Origin: Meyerozyma guilliermondii | Taxonomy: Eukaryota | Direction: 5' to 3' | NCBI GenBank assembly: GCA_051546255.1 | Contig: CP128815.1 | Span: forward strand, 1,488,001 to 1,552,000 | Length of the DNA stretch: 64,000 nucleotides | Shown: positions 30,949 through 39,850 of the stretch, in pieces | Position numbering within the stretch: the stretch's first letter is position 1 | Layout of the letters: the number at the start of each line of letters is the position of its first letter | Position numbers and translations under genes: made by a program | The notes under the pieces: model-generated | What the model was told of the DNA's origin: nothing | The model's input: only the letters and a program-made list of their open reading frames with translations | The model's database searches: none

Positions 30949-32355
30949 ATGACTTCTCGTGCTCTTAGTCAGTTTGAGAACTTTTATCGGTGTCGAACGG
31001 CAAGTGATTTTTACAAGAACTTTCAGGTTACTGCCAGTTATTCTCAGGATATTACATTCGAGCTCTTGTATAAGGCATTGCGGAAAACCGTACTAGATTA
31101 TCATATATTGGTTTGTAACATCTTTCGTGACAATGATTGTTGTATTTACAGACCTATCGAACATGCCTGGTTCAAGGACGTTGTTATAGAAGAAGATGAA
31201 GCCAAATACTTGGTCAATGGCATCATAACTGAAGACTATATGAAAATGATTAATGAGATCACTTTTCAGTTGTATACTGAAACCCCATTATTTCGAGTGG
31301 TTGTGCTTGGAAAGAGACACTTGACCGTTGTTCTCGAGCACACCATAGCTGATGGGCTAGTTGGAAACTATTTTCACGAGATTTTGGTTGAGAATCTTGC
31401 TTTTGTCGATGATCCAAATAACGCACAGTTGCTCCAAAATGAGTACAATATTGAACCAATTGAGGATGTATGGCAAACCAGCATCTTTGATGCAAACAAA
31501 GATGAGCCCAAGAACTCTCTTCCACCTCCGATAGATCCATTCATGGCGCCGGCTCACCTTGATTATACCTATGGAGACAGTGAATATTTTGACAAGGTTC
31601 TTCCCGAAGGATTTTCCAAAAAATGGGAGGGTATACTAGTTGCTTCTCGTGAAGCCAGGTTGTCTTTCAAATTCATTCATTTTGATCCACAACAGACCAA
31701 GCTTATACTTGCAGCTTGCAAGAAAAATGGAGTCACCGTAACTTCATACTTGACAATTACATTGGCTGTGACATTGAGTCCATTGACAGACCAAACATGC
31801 TACACCACCCACAAAGTTGCTACAGCTTTGCGGAGACATATCACACTTGAGAACAGTTTACCCATCTATAAACCCTTCTTCAAGGACCCCACATACAAGA
31901 TTCTTGGGTCTTCCGCAATTGGATATGCTATTAATCTTCCATCGCTCGATTCATTTAGCTGGGAATTGGTCAAGCAGGCGAACAAAAGCATTGCTCTAGG
32001 TGCCTCCAATAGAAGAGGACTCAACACGTCTTATGGGTTTTTCCAGACCGCCAGCATGGTGGAAGATAATCGGAGCTTCTTTGAGCTGGGTTTGGGAAAG
32101 CCAAAGGCCGATACCGTCAAAGTGTCCAATTTGGGACTTGTAAAGACACCAGAATATTTATCAGGAGACAAATCGTGGAGCATTCGAGACCTCTATTTTT
32201 CACAAGACGTTTCTCCTTCGGCAGCAGAATTCCAGTTGAATGCCATATCCACCAAGGACGGCTTGAACTTGGTATTCAGCTACTTTGCTAATATTGAAGG
32301 TCTCCATACGAAGTTGCAAAAGAATATTTTGGAGTTTGCACGATATGAAAATTAG
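30949..32355 (+). CDS. Alcohol/sterol O-acetyltransferase family protein (Atf/Sli1-like), 468 aa
   Basis: RALSQFENFY N-motif, catalytic HxxxDG (EHTIADG), CKKNGVTVTSYL, VSNLG, DLYFSQ. First ATG 30949. Confidence 0.85.
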   Translation: MTSRALSQFENFYRCRTASDFYKNFQVTASYSQDITFELLYKALRKTVLDYHILVCNIFRDNDCCIYRPIEHAWFKDVVIEEDEAKYLVNGIITEDYMKMINEITFQLYTETPLFRVVVLGKRHLTVVLEHTIADGLVGNYFHEILVENLAFVDDPNNAQLLQNEYNIEPIEDVWQTSIFDANKDEPKNSLPPPIDPFMAPAHLDYTYGDSEYFDKVLPEGFSKKWEGILVASREARLSFKFIHFDPQQTKLILAACKKNGVTVTSYLTITLAVTLSPLTDQTCYTTHKVATALRRHITLENSLPIYKPFFKDPTYKILGSSAIGYAINLPSLDSFSWELVKQANKSIALGASNRRGLNTSYGFFQTASMVEDNRSFFELGLGKPKADTVKVSNLGLVKTPEYLSGDKSWSIRDLYFSQDVSPSAAEFQLNAISTKDGLNLVFSYFANIEGLHTKLQKNILEFARYEN

Positions 32356-32370
32356 ATATGTGGTGCCACA

Positions 32371-32418
32371 AGTATTGCAGGCAGCGTAAATAACAGTATT
32401 GCAGGCAGCACTAATAAC
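32371..32418. repeat. 24-bp-period direct repeat
   Basis: AGTATTGCAGGCAGC at 32371 and 32395, each followed by 4 variable nt and then ATAAC; lies between the acetyltransferase stop and the GEF1 start. Confidence 0.8.
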
Positions 32419-32553
32419 CCTGGCTAGCTGCGACTGAACTAGAATTAATATATGCTTTTTCACTTTCTCGTTGCAGCCAAAACCAGTCGCACCAATTTTG
32501 GTCCGCTGCGAATTGCAACAGATCAACTACTGGTAGTCTCGTTTTCTTCTACA

Positions 32554-34806
32554 ATGGTCGATACCAATGGATCGCAAACCAGTTATAGGGACCCCTCCGG
32601 CTCGTGGAAGTTCCAGGACAAGGTCAAAGAGGTCCAGAGATTCGATGACTTTGTCACCATTGATTGGGTCGAAGACGAGTTGGATGAGCATTTACAGCGA
32701 CTAGCAAAGAAGAAGACTTCCCATAGCCAAACATCGCTTTTTCAACGAATAATGGCGTTCTCCCAGACGTGGTTTGTTTTGGCACTCATGGGATTAATGA
32801 TAGGATGTATAGCCGGATGTCTTAACATTATAACGGCATGGTTAGGAAGTTTACGTTCAGGCCATTGTGGCCATAATTTCTACTTGAGCAAGGCATTTTG
32901 CTGTTGGGGACTGGAGGAGGAAACCTGCGATGCCTGGCAAGAATACACTCCTTTTGGGCTACTCAATTATTTGTTATACATCTTCATTTCTATCGGCTTG
33001 GCAATGGGCTCAGCTCAGCTTGTCAAGTTGTATTCTCCGTCTGCGGCAGGGTCAGGTATCTCAGAAATCAAGTGCATTGTGTCTGGATTTGTGGTAAAGG
33101 GCTTCCTTGGGTGGTGGACATTACTTATCAAAAGTTTAGGATTGCCTCTTGCAATTGCATCGGGATTAAGTTTGGGTAAAGAAGGACCAAGTGTGCATTA
33201 TGCTGTCTGTGTTGGTAACTCGGTTGCTCGTCTGATTCAAAAGTACCGCCGTAGTGCTTCCAAGGGTCGAGACTTTCTTACTGCTACGGCTGCTGCTGGG
33301 GTTGCTGTGGCTTTTGGCTCTCCAATGGGCGGAGTGCTTTTTTCCATCGAGGAAATATCGTCGGTGTTTCAACTTTCCACCATCTGGAAGTCGTACTTTT
33401 GCTCGTTGGTTGCTGTCACCACCTTGGCTGCTTTGAACCCCTTCAGAACTGGTCAATTGGTTCTCTTTGAGGTGACTTACGATAATAATTGGCACGCCTA
33501 CGATATTCCATTCTACATTCTTCTTGGTATCTTTGGAGGTGTCTATGGAATAGTAGTCTCCAAGTTGAACATAAGAGTGGTGTCTTTTCGTAAGAAATAC
33601 CTAAAGAATCATGCTCTTCGTGAAGTGCTAATTTTGGCTACTTTGAGTGCCAGCTTTTGTTATTTCAATGAGTTCCTCCGGCTCGATATGACTGAAGCAA
33701 TGCAGTCTCTCTTTCACGACTGCTCAAACTCGCAGCATTTTCTTTGCGAGCCAGACTCGAACAAGACAGTTGTATTTTCCTCGTTGATCTTTGCAACTAT
33801 TGCCAGAATGTTCCTTACAATTATCACTTATGGATGCAAGGTGCCTGCGGGAATCTTTGTCCCCTCTATGGCGGCGGGTGCAACGTTTGGCAGAGCTATT
33901 GGAACATTAGTGGAAGCTTTTTACAATAGCCATAAGAGCTCTCCTATCTTCGCTACATGTCTTGACAAAGAAACTTGTGTCATACCAGGAACTTATGCTT
34001 TCTTAGGAGCGGGCGCAGCATTGAGTGGAATTACCCATCTTACTGTTACCGTTGTCATCATTATGTTCGAGTTGACAGGGGCCGTAAGATACATCATTCC
34101 AACCATGATTGTTGTGGCTATTACAAAAATTATTAACGATAAGTGGGGACATGGAGGCATAGCTGATCAAATGATTAGATTCAATGGGTTGCCATTCATA
34201 GACACAAAAGAGGAGTTTGATATTTCTGCAACAGCAGCTGATGCAATGTCACAAACGGTAGTTACAATACCCACCACCGCTCCTGAATCAATAACAGTTG
34301 GCAACCTCAAAACTATATTACGGGAAACATCATATCGGGGCTATCCTTTGATTAACTCATCTTTAGGTCCCACGATAGTGGGCTACGTGACCCGTACAGA
34401 CCTCGAGCAAATTCTCGAGACATCTGATCATCTAGATGAATCCTCCCGGTGCAACTTTTTAGACGGAAGTGATGGGTTAAATTTGAGTAGAATTGTCTAT
34501 TCTTCCCCAATCACAGTCTCGCAAGAAACGAACCTCGAATACCTTGTCAACATATTCACAAAGTTGGGACCAAGAAATATTTTGGTTCAAAATGACAATT
34601 ATTTGGTAGGAATTATCAGCCGCAAAGATATCTTACGATTTGAGTTCACTCATCACCACGTAAATGGGGGACTCGACTATGACGAGCAAGCGCAGGACGC
34701 CTTTGATGCTAAAGTGTGGAATAAGATGAATGAAATAATTGATAAAGTGCAGCGAAAACTAGGAGTCGCTCTACACAACGATGAGACAAGATACACTAGA
34801 ATATAG
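32554..34806 (+). CDS. GEF1: ClC chloride channel/antiporter Gef1, 750 aa
   Basis: FDDFVTIDW, GSGISEIK, GKEGP, FGSPMGGVLFSIEE, GIFVP, VVIIMFELTG, C-terminal CBS pair. Start placed at MVDTNGS (acaATG); an upstream in-frame ATG is at 32452. Confidence 0.93.
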   Translation: MVDTNGSQTSYRDPSGSWKFQDKVKEVQRFDDFVTIDWVEDELDEHLQRLAKKKTSHSQTSLFQRIMAFSQTWFVLALMGLMIGCIAGCLNIITAWLGSLRSGHCGHNFYLSKAFCCWGLEEETCDAWQEYTPFGLLNYLLYIFISIGLAMGSAQLVKLYSPSAAGSGISEIKCIVSGFVVKGFLGWWTLLIKSLGLPLAIASGLSLGKEGPSVHYAVCVGNSVARLIQKYRRSASKGRDFLTATAAAGVAVAFGSPMGGVLFSIEEISSVFQLSTIWKSYFCSLVAVTTLAALNPFRTGQLVLFEVTYDNNWHAYDIPFYILLGIFGGVYGIVVSKLNIRVVSFRKKYLKNHALREVLILATLSASFCYFNEFLRLDMTEAMQSLFHDCSNSQHFLCEPDSNKTVVFSSLIFATIARMFLTIITYGCKVPAGIFVPSMAAGATFGRAIGTLVEAFYNSHKSSPIFATCLDKETCVIPGTYAFLGAGAALSGITHLTVTVVIIMFELTGAVRYIIPTMIVVAITKIINDKWGHGGIADQMIRFNGLPFIDTKEEFDISATAADAMSQTVVTIPTTAPESITVGNLKTILRETSYRGYPLINSSLGPTIVGYVTRTDLEQILETSDHLDESSRCNFLDGSDGLNLSRIVYSSPITVSQETNLEYLVNIFTKLGPRNILVQNDNYLVGIISRKDILRFEFTHHHVNGGLDYDEQAQDAFDAKVWNKMNEIIDKVQRKLGVALHNDETRYTRI

Positions 34807-34843
34807 AGACAATGCAATAGAATGTTATTTTTGTAGCTATCAA

Positions 34844-37800
34844 TTAAGTGGTCTTCCACTTGTAGTTTTCCTTGTACCTGGTGTATATCAACTTCATGTA
34901 CAGCTTTCCTGGAAGATCCAACGACGCATTCACTATTTGTAATTCAGAATCAGATATTGTATCAAAGACGATACTCATGCAAGCAAGAAGTTCTTCCAGT
35001 GTTTTATCTCCAAATCTTGAGTTGAGTGAATAATGTATGAATGACAATAAAATGACTGGAAGATGTTTTCTCAAAGATCTCTTTGCTGATGCAGAAGCTG
35101 AATTGAGGGTCAGAGAGCCCGTTCTCTGAGCCTTGAATTTGGGCTCACAAAGGTTGCTGACTACACGAGTATAATATTCGACAGCCATAGAAGACTGCGC
35201 CAAATGCTTGTTTCCCAGAAGTGTCAAAGGTTCCATTAAAGCACAGAACATATCAGTAATGAGATGGTGACGAGAAGACATTCTTACTCGATGAAAAAGA
35301 AGTAATGCTGAAGCAATCTGAGTTAAGGTCTTGTAAATGCTATCAACATCTTCAAAGCTGTTCAGCAGCAAAGAGTGAGAGACCTTGGTCACAAATGCAA
35401 CTACCAACTCGAAGGAGTATTGTCCAATTCTGACACTTGCTAATTGCTTTGCCAAAATCTGCAAACTGAGTTTCAAGTTTCTCTCGCATGTAACAATGGA
35501 ATCTGCGTCGGCGGATAAGATAGCCACAAATGGGCGTATTATATCGTTTCCTGGTTCATTGGAGTTTAAGAGACACGATAAGGCTCTCAAGTAAATGTAT
35601 CGATTTTCAGGCTCAGGGTCTTGGCTGAAAGAGTAGAGAACATACTTGACAGTAGCCAAGAAATGATCTGGATTTGTAACAAGTGAAGTGCCATAAGCAC
35701 ACAATGCAGAGTCTAACTCTCCAGAATTAGACATTGGAACCAAAGTTGTGTAAACAGCTAACACATGTAATGCTTGTTCGAACCGTTCATGCTCAATATT
35801 GCAAAGCAAGCAAAACAAGTTAAGAGCATCAGTTACCAGCTCCTTTGATATTTGGGAAGCCAACTTGTTTAATGTAGTTCTAGCAATACAGCCACGGTCA
35901 AATATGGAAACCTCTTTGAGTGTATTCAAAAGTTCACTGCTTGGGGTTCTCTTCAATGATTCTAGGATTTCTTTAATTAATTTGGAAAACAAGTCTTGGA
36001 GTAAAGGAAGCAATTTTCCTTTATAAGTAGTAGTCTCGGTGCTGAAGATTGCCTTGCATAAAACCCCATGTAAATTGGCTTTCTTGTTCAAGCTGCTCAG
36101 CAAAGTCTCCAAAACTTTGCTAACGTAGCTCCAATGTTTCTCATCATTGATTTGAGCAGTATGAGCAAGCCAGATTTTCTGGAAAATCTGTAATGAATTT
36201 GACTCGAACAGGGTACCCACAAATCTTTCAATAAATGAGAACAATGTGCTTATATCTGTCTCCAAGTTCGATGCAAATGTGGGTTCGTCAAGTATGTGAC
36301 AAATCAACTCCAATAGCGATTGTTCATTGTCTTCTGAATTTGGTGAGCTTACCAAGTTTTCAATTATGGTGCGTCTTTCGTGTCTCTCAAAGCACGCGGA
36401 AGGTATAGCAGTTCCCAATTTGAACATATTTTCCTTTGGATGTTTCTTCAACTTCTTTATCAAGCAAGCTACCAACAGTCTGTTGAGTCTCTTCTCTTCA
36501 AAGAATACTTCAGCCTCCTTTTCAAAGTATTCAATATGACCATCTACCTCAAGAAAAAGATCGAGTAATTCTTCAAGGTTCTCTGGCTCAAAATGACGAG
36601 CTAGTATTTTGGGCCATCTTCTGTAAACTGTAAAAAGATGCTTCTCTTGTTCATCCTTTGGAAGTTTTTTGATGAGTTCAATGAATTTGGTGGAACATGA
36701 GTCCGTGGTATTTCCTAGTTCGATGTGACGGAACCTGGTGTAAAAAAAGTAGATGTCATTATAGTCTGCTTTCGAATCAATTTTACCATCGTCACCGTAG
36801 AGAATGGAGCAGTAGAATCTCACTTTCCAATCCTGTGAATTTGGTAGATTTGAATTGACAATTTGTTCTCTCATAGCATTGCGACGAGAATCATCACAGT
36901 TTAAAAGGCCCTTTAGTATTGATATCAAGAGAACAGAATACAGTGACTGAACGTGGTTTTTCAACACTTCATTCAAGACTTCTAGTAGAGACTTCAAGGT
37001 CAATCCGGGAACTTTTGATGCAACGATATCGATGACACTTGGAGATTGCCAAACTCCACCGTTGTCTGCGTTGCTCAACCAGATGTCAAGAAAGAATGAG
37101 GAGTAATCACGTACTCGTATGAAAGCATTGAATAACTTCCCCAATAGTATTTCGTCAGATTCTGTGAGGGATGATGCAATTTCGGCCGCATGTTTCACTC
37201 CTAAACTTGCATCCAAATCAATCAATGATCCCACAAGTTGATGGTTCTGTTTGTGTTCCGAGTACAAAGTCTCGAAAAATGAGGACGAGAGAACCCGGTT
37301 GGCACCGGATAAGGTTTCGAGAAGGGTATTTGTCAATGACTTTTGGTTCTCCGTAAGAACCAAAAAGATCTCTTCACATAGCTTTATATCTTTGGATGAG
37401 CGTGCCACAACGTAGTGGAATAAGTATTTGATGGAGTCTGTGTTGTCATCTTTGAGATTGAGCGATTTTACGAGCCGACCAATGTTTTCCTTGAGCAGCA
37501 GCGTGGAGTCTTTGGAGAAGGTGCCAGAAATGAAAATTTGATGAAGTTGGTCATAGTTATCATCTTTTTGGTTTGACGTGAGGTACCTCAAAAGTGGTAC
37601 TAAGCAAGACTCAAAGAATTGGGAGGTGGTTTTCTTTGCGGGTTTATATCTGGCTGATCGTCTTGGTAAATGGTATATTTTTGTGATTGTGGAAAGAACT
37701 TTGCTGTCGACAATTTTTTTGGTGTTCACAGCATTCAAAACAAGTGCTAGCATCAATTGGGTGCTGTTTGCATCTGCTGTCATTATGGAGTGGTCTAGAA

Positions 37801-38152
37801 GAAAGTTGGCGACAGGAAGTGTATTGGTGATGATTTCTGGAGCACCTTGTTCTATAATAGTGATGATCGATTCCACAAATCTGAGTCTTTTTAATGATCT
37901 GGAAGAAGATTCAGGGTACTTTGAAACTATATGTGTCAACAAATCCCAAACTTCTGGTGCCAATTTCCAGTTTGTGTATTCCTTCTTGTTGTCATTGAGT
38001 CTGTCACAAGCAAGCTCAAGAACGAAAACTTCCTTGAAAGGAAGATATACATCGAGTTGATCTTGCACTAGCTGATTGCAAAGAGCTATCTTTTCGTGTA
38101 GCGAGCCACCTTTTCCTCTCAAAAAGCGGGTGAGCTCCTGAGAGGTGTTCAT
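34844..38152 (-). CDS. URB2: Nucleolar pre-60S factor Urb2/Npa2, ~1102 aa
   Basis: N-terminal ELTRFLR...KEVFVLELACDRL; C-terminal LLLFHR...SRHHL...YTRVVSNLCEP...KRSLRKHLP...YTRYKENYKW resembles the Urb2 domain; PAC motif just upstream. Confidence 0.8.
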   Translation of the reverse strand: MNTSQELTRFLRGKGGSLHEKIALCNQLVQDQLDVYLPFKEVFVLELACDRLNDNKKEYTNWKLAPEVWDLLTHIVSKYPESSSRSLKRLRFVESIITIIEQGAPEIITNTLPVANFLLDHSIMTADANSTQLMLALVLNAVNTKKIVDSKVLSTITKIYHLPRRSARYKPAKKTTSQFFESCLVPLLRYLTSNQKDDNYDQLHQIFISGTFSKDSTLLLKENIGRLVKSLNLKDDNTDSIKYLFHYVVARSSKDIKLCEEIFLVLTENQKSLTNTLLETLSGANRVLSSSFFETLYSEHKQNHQLVGSLIDLDASLGVKHAAEIASSLTESDEILLGKLFNAFIRVRDYSSFFLDIWLSNADNGGVWQSPSVIDIVASKVPGLTLKSLLEVLNEVLKNHVQSLYSVLLISILKGLLNCDDSRRNAMREQIVNSNLPNSQDWKVRFYCSILYGDDGKIDSKADYNDIYFFYTRFRHIELGNTTDSCSTKFIELIKKLPKDEQEKHLFTVYRRWPKILARHFEPENLEELLDLFLEVDGHIEYFEKEAEVFFEEKRLNRLLVACLIKKLKKHPKENMFKLGTAIPSACFERHERRTIIENLVSSPNSEDNEQSLLELICHILDEPTFASNLETDISTLFSFIERFVGTLFESNSLQIFQKIWLAHTAQINDEKHWSYVSKVLETLLSSLNKKANLHGVLCKAIFSTETTTYKGKLLPLLQDLFSKLIKEILESLKRTPSSELLNTLKEVSIFDRGCIARTTLNKLASQISKELVTDALNLFCLLCNIEHERFEQALHVLAVYTTLVPMSNSGELDSALCAYGTSLVTNPDHFLATVKYVLYSFSQDPEPENRYIYLRALSCLLNSNEPGNDIIRPFVAILSADADSIVTCERNLKLSLQILAKQLASVRIGQYSFELVVAFVTKVSHSLLLNSFEDVDSIYKTLTQIASALLLFHRVRMSSRHHLITDMFCALMEPLTLLGNKHLAQSSMAVEYYTRVVSNLCEPKFKAQRTGSLTLNSASASAKRSLRKHLPVILLSFIHYSLNSRFGDKTLEELLACMSIVFDTISDSELQIVNASLDLPGKLYMKLIYTRYKENYKWKTT

Positions 38153-38159
38153 CGTGAAA

Positions 38160-38180
38160 GATGCGATGCGATGCGATGAG
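38160..38180. promoter_or_regulatory. PAC element embedded in a GATGC repeat upstream of URB2
   Basis: GATGCGATGCGATGCGATGAG; GCGATGAG at 38173-38180 is the ribosome-biogenesis PAC consensus. Confidence 0.65.
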
Positions 38181-38376
38181 AAGTGAACTAAGAGTGAGAA
38201 ATGGAATAAAAAATAAGAAACGACAATAGAGCCAGAAGGGGCTACGGGGTAAGAGTAATACAGAATCACAGAAGAATAGGAACTAATAAAAAAAGTAGAG
38301 ACTTCAAGTGCCTTTGTCATTCACTTCCCCCTCTACGCTACATCACTACATCTTCATATTTCTTGTTATGCATTAT

Positions 38377-38757
38377 CTAGATCAACAACGTCTCGATCTT
38401 GTCCTTGATGGCGTAGATCTGGTTCTTCATCGACGAAGCGTCGTTGGTGGTGACCGAAGCGGCGATCACTGGTCTGGAAACACCACAGGCTCTACCCAAA
38501 GCGGTCTTGGATGGCACGAAAACGTATGGAACGTTCTTGTCCTCACACAACAAGGGGAGGTGCAACAAGATCTCGATTGGCTCGGTGTCGGCAGCCATGA
38601 TGATGAATTCAGAAATACCTCTGTTCAAGGTCTTGGTAGCCTCATTGGCTCCTTTTTTCAACTGACGCAAATTTTGCGATTGTTGAACGACGTCCAAAAT
38701 TTGCTGGGTCAAAGCAGTGTCTGCCAATGGGAAGGCTTTTGGGTTAGGTGCGGACAT
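38377..38757 (-). CDS. SNU13: Box C/D snoRNP and U4 snRNP protein Snu13, 126 aa
   Basis: [13 protein letters not shown]...[53 protein letters not shown]. Confidence 0.98.
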   Translation of the reverse strand: MSAPNPKAFPLADTALTQQILDVVQQSQNLRQLKKGANEATKTLNRGISEFIIMAADTEPIEILLHLPLLCEDKNVPYVFVPSKTALGRACGVSRPVIAASVTTNDASSMKNQIYAIKDKIETLLI

Positions 38758-38814
38758 TGTTAATTAGGGTTCCTTGCAGTGAGCTCACCAGTAGATGAAG
38801 AAGATGCGAGAAAT

Positions 38815-38830
38815 AAATTTTCATCTCATC
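38815..38830 (-). promoter_or_regulatory. RRPE plus PAC-core pair upstream of SNU13
   Basis: AAATTTTCA (RRPE, TGAAAATTT) at 38815-38823 adjacent to CTCATC (GATGAG) at 38825-38830. Confidence 0.65.
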
Positions 38831-39075
38831 CCGCGCCTGCAGGCTGGTTCGGGGTGCCGCCGATGAGCGAGCGAACCGCACAGTTCGCAACATTTAGTCC
38901 TGCGAATAGTGAACCGCGCTAGCGTGTGTACTCAAATGTACCGAGCGCACCAAAAGTGCGCGCACTTTACATCACGCCTGCACACATCCTATCGACAACC
39001 AATCTCGAATTTGGCCCCTTTGCTAACGATACCGAGTGTCATCTACGCATCTTAATCTTATATTTGATATTAAAG

Positions 39076-39787
39076 ATGTCTGATTTGTGGTATGTATTCA
39101 GTGTGCTACCGTGATTGATTAGCCATGGCTAAGTTTAATGGACTCTTTCATGAGATACAAATGTTACTTTAAATCGATAGCCGGCAAGTTCCAAAATGGA
39201 CGAGCCAAAAGTTCATGTTTTAGCCGAATTATCGTCCCTTTCGAGCTAAACCTAAAAACTCCATTCGATATGAGTCGATTAACCATCAAATTCAATTTAC
39301 TCCCTTATACTAACCCAGTCCTGTTTACGCTCCATTCTTCGGTTCCATTGGCTGTGCCGCCGCCATTGTGTTCACCTGTTTCGGTGCCTCCTACGGTACC
39401 GCTAAGAGTGGTGTCGGTATCTGCGCAACTTGTGTTTTGAGACCCGACTTGTTGGTCAAAAACATTGTCCCTGTCATTATGGCCGGTATTATCGCCATTT
39501 ATGGTTTGGTGGTGTCGGTGTTGTTGTCGGACTCGTTGAAACAACAGCAACCCTTGTACTCGGGTTTCATTCAGTTGGGTGCCGGTTTGTCGGTCGGTTT
39601 GTCCGGTTTGGCTGCTGGTTTCGCCATCGGTATTGTTGGTGACGCTGGTGTCAGAGGTACCGCTCAACAACCAAGATTGTTCGTTGGAATGATTTTGATT
39701 TTAATTTTCGCTGAAGTGTTGGGTTTGTACGGTTTGATTGTCGCCTTGTTGTTGAACTCGAGAATCGGCCCTGATCTCAAATGTTAG
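39076..39787 (+). CDS. VMA3: V-ATPase proteolipid subunit c; two exons, 160 aa
   Basis: Exon 1 39076-39089; intron 39090-39318 (GTATGT...TACTAAC-C-CAG); exon 2 39319-39787. Gives [36 protein letters not shown]...[14 protein letters not shown]. Confidence 0.97.
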
Positions 39788-39850
39788 AGCTTTCTGTCAT
39801 CAAAAATCCATATGAGCAGTAGTAAATATACAATTGCGCTATACGCTCCC

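Noticed and set aside
38308..38763. 151-aa antisense ORF over SNU13 (similar ones over VMA3, RIP1, ADK1, MAE1)
   Set aside because: Typical shadow ORFs of codon-biased, highly expressed genes.
38953..38968. Perfect 16-bp palindrome AAAGTGCGCGCACTTT in the SNU13/VMA3 promoter
   Set aside because: About one such palindrome is expected by chance in 64 kb; at most a CGCG promoter element.
39090..39318. Possible intronic snoRNA in the VMA3 intron, and the 14-bp palindrome TTAGCCATGGCTAA at 39119
   Set aside because: No RTGATGA/CTGA box pair or H/ACA layout seen; the palindrome length is within chance.
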